Shown: positions 14,346-64,000 of the stretch, one piece after another
Numbering within the stretch: the stretch's first letter is position 1
Layout of the letters: every line of letters starts with the position of its first letter
Assembly: GCA_026770705.1 (NCBI GenBank)
Contig: JANJGN010000027.1
Span: forward strand, 22,196,001 to 22,260,000
Reading direction: 5' to 3'
DNA: 64,000 nt
Source: Isurus oxyrinchus
Taxonomy: Eukaryota
The notes under the pieces: model-generated
Databases searched by the model: none
Seen by the model: the letters and a program-made list of their open reading frames with translations, nothing else
Told to the model about the DNA's origin: nothing
Made by a program: the position numbers and the translations under genes

Positions 14346-15888
14346 TGTTGGTGTTATTTGCCATCTCTGGGCCATTGTCCTACATTTTGACCAGATTAGG
14401 TGGGAGAAGAGGGGATAATTTTGAAGTGTTTGAGAATTCTATTCAATAGTCCGGCAGCAATGAGGAGACAGAACTTCCATTCAAAATGATTGGGTGAATG
14501 TGGTACACACGATGCCTTGGAAGATCCGGTGCAGAATCAATTGAGAGATGTTTTAAGAAGGAGACAGACACAGTGTGGGATGTGTGGGTGTCAAAAAATA
14601 GAGGAAAGGGCGTAGCATTGGAATTCATGAAAATCAAGCGTTGTCATGACTAAAAGATAGAGAGACTCAAAGCTCAAGTGGCCCTGTAAAGTTGGCCTAG
14701 TCATCCAGGGTAACTAACTACCAGGGTGTGCATCCCCAGAGGCAAATATTCATTTGGAATTTACGCTGGAATTCTTTGCTGTGGCTTAACCTCATTATAT
14801 TTTCACAATCAACACCTGAATTTAATGTAAAGTTTCATTTCATTTTACCAAGGAGCTGTAAAAGGGCCTGAAGCATCACATGTGATGCAGTACTTGGAAC
14901 CGCTTGAGACTTTATCAAGAAAGAGTATTTTCCCTCAGTTCTGACGTGTTCTGGGGATGAACCAGAAAGCAGCACAGTATACAGAGCAGTTTTACCCTTG
15001 CTGATTGTTGACGCACAGATGTGGCACAGAGACTGATGCATCTTGAAGTTATTCGGAAGTGCTCCCATGTGCTGGCTTGTCCCAGAGCGATAATGCTGTG
15101 TCTGATCTACTTGAGAGTAAACACTTAGTGGCAACGCCTGGAGCACCTCTCAGCACTTCAGTGGCAGCATCACCCAGTGAGGGCTGTAGGGTGAAACATT
15201 TCTAGGACCTGCCCTGACATCCTTTTCTGGAACATATCCATTCTCAAGAATTAAGGTTACTCGTTGATTTAGTTCATTTCTTTCAGTATTAACAGTTTGC
15301 ACTATTTTCTTCCCTTTTGTAAAATATTGTCATATCTGACAGTGATTTTGCTGTAAGGTACAGTGGTACTGAGGCGTTCTGCTGATCCAGAGGGGGCAAA
15401 ATGCGAGTTTGTGCCTGTAGTACCCAATGTCATACCTTGAGATGGCAAGTGGCCGGGAAGTGGTTGAGGTACCGAGCGGAAACCAGAAGTTTCTCTGTAC
15501 AGTTGCACACTTGGTGACTATTCACTGAACCATGGCAAGGGGCCTACAATCTGTGCTTTGTGAGAGAGTGGAGGTCGAGGGCAAAATAATTGCTTTAGAG
15601 AGAGAAGAAAGATGTATACCATGTACCGTTTTGCTTATTGCACAGCTTTTGAGATCCATGCCTCTCAGAAGCTTCGAGGACGCCCCTGTTTTGTTTGCAT
15701 CTTTATTCTGTCTCACCAGTTCTCTTCCCTCACCTCCTGATAGCAGACACACAGTCCCACAGGTCCACCGTCCATTTCTCACCCAGCAAGGCAATATTGA
15801 CACTTGAACCATGACACTTGGTGTCCAATAATAAACCTTCAGATTTTCTCTTGTTTCCAAATCTTCCTTTCTCTTCCAATACTCAACA

Positions 15889-16966
15889 TGGTACCCCACC
15901 TACCCCCAATGTTTAACTCCCCATATTTAAACCCCCACTTTCAATCAGACCAAAATTCTAAGAGATTCTTCAATTAGAAGAGGTCATTCAGATTGTTGAA
16001 CCTCTACCAATTTGTTAGTCACTGCAGCTCTATCATTTCAAATCCTATTTCCTGTCCCTTTTTTGTATCTCTTTCTCCCTAAGTACATAGGAACAGGTGT
16101 AGATCCTTCAGAAACCTGAAGCCATTCAGTTAGATCATGGCTGATCTATACCTTGAGCCCTGTTCTCCTACCTTAGCTCCACACCTCTGGATACCCTTAC
16201 TGAACAAAAAAGAATCTATTGATCTCCGTCTTACCAGCTTCAATTAATCCCCAGCATCCACTGCCTTCTGGGAGAGGGAATTCCAAGCTACCCCCACCCT
16301 CTGTGTGACGAAGTGCGATAAAATATAGATGTGTTGTGAAATAATTTTCCCTTATAAGCACCTCAATTACTTTGGCATCGATAGTCTTTTGGCGATGTGC
16401 GTTCTGTGTTCTTGCAAGCATTTGTGCTTCTTTTATTCATTCATGGGATGGCAAGGCCAGCATGGGCAAGGCCAGCATTTGTTGCCCCACCTCTAATTGC
16501 CCTCGAATGGAGTGGCTAGCGTTAAAAGCCAGTCACATTGCTGTTGGCCTGGAGTCACATGTAGGCCAGACCAGGTAAAGATGGCAGATTCCCTTCCCCG
16601 AAGGGCATTGGCGAACCAGGTGGGTTTTTAGAACAGTCGCTGGTCACCATTACTGAGACAAGCTTTACAGCCCAGGTTTATTTATTGAATTCAAATTCCA
16701 AGGTATAGATCAGCCATGATCTAACTGAATGGCTTCAGGTTTCTGAAGGATCTACACCTGTTCCTATGTACTTAGGGAGAAAGAGATACAAAAAAGGGGA
16801 CAGGAAATAGGATTTGAAATGATAGAGCTGCAGTGACTAACAAATTGGTAGAGGTTCAACAATCTGAATGACCTCTTCTAATTGAAGAATCTCTTAGAAT
16901 TTTGGTCTGATTGAAAGTGGGGGTTTAAATATGGGGAGTTAAACATTGGGGGTAGGTGGGGTACCA
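15889..16966. repeat. Near-perfect 267/268-bp inverted repeat (15889-16155 vs 16699-16966), 543-bp spacer
   Basis: The second arm is the reverse complement of the first except for one extra G, and it interrupts a SINE. Confidence 0.93.
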
Positions 16967-17068
16967 CCTTTTGATTTGATGGGGTTTGAACCCATGTCCC
17001 CGGAGGATTAGTCTGAGCTTCTGGATTACTTACCCAGTGACATTACCAAGACACCACCATCTCCATCA
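16430..17068 (-). mobile_element. tRNA-derived SINE, antisense, interrupted by the inverted templated insertion 16699-16966
   Basis: SINE sequence continues across the insert (ttgaattcaaattcca|...|ccttttgatttgatggggtttgaaccc). Confidence 0.75.
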
Positions 17069-17299
17069 CACCCTTTAACTAATTGGAGACATCATTTCTG
17101 AATTCATTTTGTACCTGCACTACAAGCAAGTAAAGTGTCCCTAGTTCTGAATTCCCTATCTAGAAGAAAGGGTAGTTTCTACCTGTCATATAGTTGCCTT
17201 CGGGATCGAAGCCTCAAGGCAGCAAAGGCTGCTTTTTCAAGCAGGTATGCACATTTTTTTCCACTGCTTTTTATAACCCCAACCCTAACCTCACAAACC

Positions 17300-17750
17300 C
17301 TTTCTCGACTGGATGCCACTGGAGATCAGCAAATCCAGGCGTGATGGACAACTGGGACTTGGTGAAAGTTAGGACGTGAACAGCAGAGTTAAGGCGTCAG
17401 ATGGGAAGCCAGTCAGGAGTGCGTTGGAACAGTCAGGTCTAGAGGTAACAAGGGTACAAATTAGGGGTCGAGCAGCAGATGAGCTGAGACAGGGATGGAG
17501 CTGGACCCTGTCACCGAGCCGGAAATAGGTGGTCTAAGTGATGGCCTGGATATGTGGTCAGAAGCTCATCTCGGGTTCAAATACAACAGCAAGGTTGTGA
17601 ACAGTCTGGTTCAGCCTCACCCAGTTGCCAGGGAGAGGGATGGAGTCGGTGGCTAGGGAATGGAGCATGTGGCGGGGACTGAAGACAGACAATAGCCCCA
17701 CTCTTCCTGGTATTTAGTTGGAGGAAATTTCTGCTCATCTGTACTGAATG
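17300..17750 (-). mobile_element. L2-type LINE fragment (same family as 6190-7770)
   Basis: Shares gtctagaggtaacaa, tgtggtcagaagct, gtctggttcag, ggaggaaatttctgctcat with 6670-6930. Confidence 0.7.
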
Positions 17751-17754
17751 TCAG

Positions 17755-18075
17755 TACAGTGGTAATGTCACTGGACTAGGTAAACACCCTCGGGACCAGG
17801 GTTCAAATCCCACCACAGCAGCTGGTGGAATTTAAATTCAGTTTTTAAAAATAAATCTGGAATATAAAGCTAGTCTCAGTAATGGTGACCATGACAACTA
17901 GCATTGATTGTTGTAAAAACCCACCTGGTTCACTAGGGATGGATCTCTACCCAGTCTGGCCCACAATGTGGTTGACTCTGAGCTGCCCTCTGAAATGGTC
18001 TAGCAAGCCTCTCGGTTGGAGGGCAGTTTAGGGGTGGGCAACAAAAGCAGTGACACCCATGGTCCATCAAAGAAT
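17755..18075 (+). mobile_element. tRNA-derived SINE (same family)
   Basis: B-box gggttcaaatcccacc and body aaagctagtctcagtaatggtgacc. Confidence 0.8.
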
Positions 18076-18846
18076 AAGGGAGGAGATAAAAACAAAACAT
18101 TTGTACAGTTAACAAAAGGTCAAAGTCCGGAATTAGGAGCTGAGATTTTGCAGCAGGACAGAGGAAAATGAGTGAGAAGGAAGGGAGTTGAATTTTTTAA
18201 CAACTGGTAAATAGTGCGCTTGCTATTCCTACCCCTGTCGTGTTAAAATACCCAGTCATCTTACTGATATAAGGGCTTCACAAGAGGATGGAGCATTTGT
18301 TACAAAAGATGTGCCTCAGTACCTATCTTTTGAAAAATGCATTTATTATAAAAATACATGTGAGTTACAGTGACAGAGGAGGCTTACCTTTTCAGGAGCA
18401 AGTGAGCCATTTTGTTTTAACAATCTGCCTGTTTACCAGAGAGCCCATTAGGACACATTCTGTTTCCCGGTGCATGTCAGTTCAGCTTGGTGCTGGCAGC
18501 CCAGCGACAGAGAGAAAATTACCAGTAAAGACGAATAATTTATTGCCATTTTAGCTGAAGAGCACAACACACATCTGAGCTAGTTTTACAGATTCCGTTG
18601 TTGGTGTTGGTGTTGGGGTTGGTGTTGTGGGATGGGGGTAGAGTTAAATTGTCCGTTCAGGGAATGTTTCTGATTCTGATTCCATGTTCAACAACAGATA
18701 GTTCCGGCCCGGTTTAAATATTGTGTGAGATGTACGGATTCTGGAAACGAGAGGCTTTTTAAAGAGAAATGGCTGGGGATTTGCAGTGCTGCCTGTCTGA
18801 GCCCAGGACCTTCAGAATCTAGCCACTCCAAGCAGACACCATCATC

Positions 18847-18848
<2 letters not shown>

Positions 18849-18894
<46 letters not shown>
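18849..18894. repeat. (TG)n microsatellite
   Basis: Uninterrupted TG run. Confidence 0.95.
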
Positions 18895-18900
<6 letters not shown>

Positions 18901-19250
18901 CATTGCTGGTGTTCGTTTCTCTCTCAAAATGGCCGGTTTATATTGTACAGAGCAGTCTGGGGGCCTCTGAGCTGTTGAGGCTGCAGTGTGTATGTTTTGA
19001 CATGGCTGCCTGTTGTCTCAATGTGCACTTTGTTCCTCTCAGTAGCACTCCCAGCACTGCGCTTGATGTAAAGAGGCTGCGCTCAACAGCGATGACATCT
19101 GCAGTGCAGTGATAGTATCAGGTGGGTAAAAAAAGACAAGGGCTGCTTGTAGTCGACACGTTCATAGTGATCCATCTGATGTGATCAAATGCTTATTGGT
19201 AAATTCCTCCCCTGATGCTAAAAGCTCTGATGGTTTAATGGTTTGCTAGG

Positions 19251-19268
19251 ACTGCCACCTTGTGGCTA
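19251..19268 (-). promoter_or_regulatory. Candidate CTCF site
   Basis: Reverse complement TAGCCACAAGGTGGCAGT closely matches the CTCF core CCASYAGRKGGCRS; motif only, no binding data. Confidence 0.45.
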
Positions 19269-19699
19269 TCTACAGTATCAGCAATACTTGACTTTTCATA
19301 GGAGATACTGACTGAGAATGTTCGATGTAGCTTCAAAGTTAAGTATCAACATCATTATTGCAGCCATGAACTCCATCTAAGCATTTTTTTTTGGGGGGGG
19401 GGTGGAATTGCAAAACTAGCCCTGGCTTTGATACAAGGAATGAATAAAGGTAACATTTTGAATATAAACCTGATTTTAAAATCTCCTCCATCTCCTGATG
19501 CTTTACCCCCACCCCCCCCCCCCCCCCCCCCACCACCCCCCCCCCCCCCACCTTTCTCATTTCCTACCCCCGCCGTTCCATTTTCCCCCGAGAGCAGGGC
19601 AGCCAAGCTGGGGGCATCTACTGCACAGGAGCGTAGAATTCGGCATCATCCAGCATCTTACTAAAGTATGTTCAAGAACATTGAGCTGGATGCATGAGT

Positions 19700-20200
19700 T
19701 TTATAGAATTGACAGCACAGAAACAGACCACCCGGCCCAGCTGGTCCACGCTGGTGTTTACCCTCCACATGAGTCCTCTGCCACCTCTCCTCATTTAAAC
19801 CCAGCAAGGTAACCTCCTATTCCTTTCTCCTTCGTGTTTACCTAGCTTCTCCTTAAACACATCTATGCTATTTGCCTTAGCTACTTCCTTGTGGTAACAG
19901 GTTGCACATTCTAACCACTCTTTGTAAAGAGGTTTCTCCTGAGTTCCTTGTTGGATTTATTAGTGGCTGTCTTAGATTTAATGCCCCTTGTTTTCTGGTC
20001 TTCCCCCACAAATGGAAGCATTTTCTATGTGTCTCCCCTCTCACACGCCTCCTTAGTTTTAAAGCCTTCTACCGAGTGCCCCCACCCCCCCCCCCCCCCC
20101 CGGCCTTCTCTACTCTAGAGAGAAGTTGCCCCAGGGGCCGTTAGTCTTTCCTGATGGTTATAACCTCTCAGTTCTAACATCATCCTTGTAAAATCCTTGT
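19700..20200 (-). mobile_element. CR1 3' fragment, antisense
   Basis: acagcacagaaacagaccacccggccc tail and cacattctaaccactctttgtaaag. Confidence 0.55.
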
Positions 20201-21357
20201 CACACCTCCTTGGGAACCCGGATGCTCGGTGTCGGCAAGCAATAGTTACGCAGGCCGCGGTGGTAGGGGCTGACCCCACCTCTCATCTGACAAATTCGTG
20301 GCGGCACTTCCCATCAGGCATCACTGGATCGCGAGCGGGAACCCTGGGGTGGTGAGGGGGTGGGGGGAACTGGGGAACAGGGCTGGGTGAGGCCACCCGC
20401 TGTGCCTGCCGAATCGGCACTGCCAGAGCTCGCACCTGAGGCGACCCAGTGTACCTGGAGGTGTCGCTGAGAGGTGGGGTGAAGTGACAGATAAACGTAA
20501 GTCCCTCTGTCGCGAACCAAAACCAGTGCTGACCCCCATCACTGCGCAGTCTGGAATGTTCCCCCGTATGTTAACTCTTCTGATCCGCGTGTGTTTGAAA
20601 TAGTCAGACTTTAGACTCGAAATGCCGGGGTTTCATTGAGTGCGTTTCTCACAACTCTCCGTGTGGCAGGTAGACTGATGCATTGTTACTCAACACATGA
20701 GTTCAGTGAAACAGCAATATGGGGCACTCCGGATGTACGTTCTCAAAACAGTCAGTTCCTATTTCTTAACGAACAATATAACACAGTGTTCATTCATATT
20801 CAAGGATTATCTGTAATAAGGACATTGCTGGTGTTGTCCAATACTGAGAATATCCACACAAACTCCTGTGAAACAATCATGTCTGAGGAGGTTACAAACA
20901 GGTGATTCTCTACCTGAGCTCCCTCCCTGTAAAGACATCAGCGCTTTTAGTTAAATGTTTTGAGAATATGATCCTTCTCATTAGGCGTTTGTGTTGGATG
21001 TGCTGGAATAAATAACAAACCTAGGAAAGCACACCGCCATCAATAAATCCTTGAGTTTTATGTCAGAAATTTTTAATGAGCTTAAGAGGATTATTGGAAG
21101 TGTGCCCCAGATGAGTATAAATTACCACCATCGCACCACAAACATAAAAATTAACAACTCTTTAAATGTAAGATGACAGTTGGATGAGGATGGGTCAGTT
21201 CTACGGTGGCTATTGTATGGGCCTGGTTGTTGATTCAGGTCATAATGCAGGAGCCAAACTCTCCAAATAAAAAAGCCTCCATTTTGTCTGTTTCTCAAAT
21301 GGTGAACTTTGATTTAGGCAGGAGGGTCTCTTTCTGTGCTCATACCGTGTGAGAGGT

Positions 21358-21498
21358 GGTGTGTGCCTGTGACTGCGGTGTGTGTGTGTGTGTCTGTGTG
21401 TGACAGTGTTGCCGTGTGTCTGTGTGTTTGACTCTGTGACTGTGTGTGTGTGTCTGTGTGTGACAGTGTTGCTGTGTGTCTGTGTGTTTGACTCTGTG

Positions 21499-21552
<54 letters not shown>
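21358..21552. repeat. Compound TG-rich repeat with ~60-bp tandem duplication and terminal (TG)n
   Basis: tgtctgtgtgtgacagtgttgc(c/t)gtgtgtctgtgtgtttgactctgtgac repeated twice, then a pure TG run. Confidence 0.9.
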
Positions 21553-21559
<7 letters not shown>

Positions 21560-21712
21560 CTGAGCAGTAACTATCCCAGGACAACCACTGGACTTAATCC
21601 CAGTCAATCTTCACAACTTTAAAGACCTTAATGTGTACTTTTAAAAATTGTCATCAACAATTCTTTTTTGGAAGGATGAGGTTCTTATCCAGGTCTTTTT
21701 CTCTCTGCACAG

Positions 21713-63180
<41,468 letters not shown>

Positions 63181-64000
63181 GTAAGTGTGCGTCATGCTCT
63201 CATTTGCCTGCCCATCCGCTGCTAGCAAATTCTGGGCACAGCAAAGCGCCTCATGTCACATCATTGTTTTATACATTTTCACGTGTTACTTTGTACTGCA
63301 GCAGCCTAGGAGGAGAGCAGTTTGCTTTGGCTGCCTCATTCACCTGTCTGTTTTGAAGAAATGATTTTATTTATTGTATAAAATGTGTCAAAATGACTAG
63401 ACAACAAAAGAAAAAGAGGTCAGGGATGCAGCAATTGGTTAACTTGATTATGAATATTGTCCATCAGATTTTATTAAGAACAACAGTGGCCCAAAAATAC
63501 GTCAAGATATTTGTGAAGTATAGAATTGAAAGTCTGGCTGTACCGCAAATGTGTTCTTAACATGACCTGTTTTTGAACCAGTTTTTTTTTTAATAGACAT
63601 GGTAAAAGGTGTTTATAAAACTATGCTGGGGTCAGCTGTCAAAAGTTGGTTCCTGGCACTGTGATTGTCTTAAACTAACGTCACAGAATCACTGGATCCA
63701 GTTTTATAACATTGTACTTCTTGAGGATTTGAGTGGTGGAGTGGGTTAGAATGGCCTCTTTCAACTACTGAATCTTGGCCTTAATTCAAATCAGTCCGAG
63801 GGATGAGAATCTCCTCTCCCTGATGTGAAGGTTCTACTTGAAATGGGTTGAGCTATTCCTGTTCAACACAGAGTCACAGCATCAGAGTTATATCGTCTCA
63901 AAGGCCAGCAAGGATGTCTGCTGTGGAAAATGGAAACTTCACTCTGTCACTGGGCAGGGCTCTCTCATTTGTGGGGGCAGGGGGTGGCGGAGATTCAGGC

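Noticed and set aside
19505-19550. Poly-proline/poly-glycine ORFs and G4-like tracts from C/G runs
   Set aside because: Low-complexity homopolymer runs are common throughout the window and error-prone in assemblies
1-21712. Upstream ZMIZ exons (MNSMDRHIQQ, HLQNPANF, VVSRVAAQQGF)
   Set aside because: Not found by manual scanning; presumably upstream of the window or lost. A tBLASTn would settle it.

Overview
Eukaryotic genomic DNA from a vertebrate, most likely a cartilaginous fish/shark (inferred from the repeat families present). One + strand gene dominates the window: a zinc-finger MIZ (SP-RING) transcriptional co-activator of the ZMIZ1/ZMIZ2 family. I traced 17 coding exons by hand (21713-63180), all with GT-AG junctions and matching phases, giving 2807 nt (about 936 codons) with no stop. 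The first N-terminal exons and the last exon lie outside the window. Overall identity looks ZMIZ1-like, but several indels and residues match ZMIZ2 as I recall it, while part of the ZMIZ1 N-terminal domain is retained. The introns contain tRNA-derived SINEs, Deu-domain SINEs, CR1/L2 LINE fragments, Harbinger-type MITEs and a ~7.5 kb GATC-rich satellite carrying two copies of an Ingi/Vingi-like LINE 3' end. They also contain short Penelope-like repeats with minimal hammerhead ribozymes, and two locally templated inverted insertions. One of these is a 100-bp local capture sandwiched between inverted hammerhead-bearing repeats and bounded by a 13-14 bp TSD. Most ORFs in the supplied track are spurious. 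Exon boundaries were read base by base; repeat boundaries are approximate. All family assignments come from recalled motifs, not database searches.
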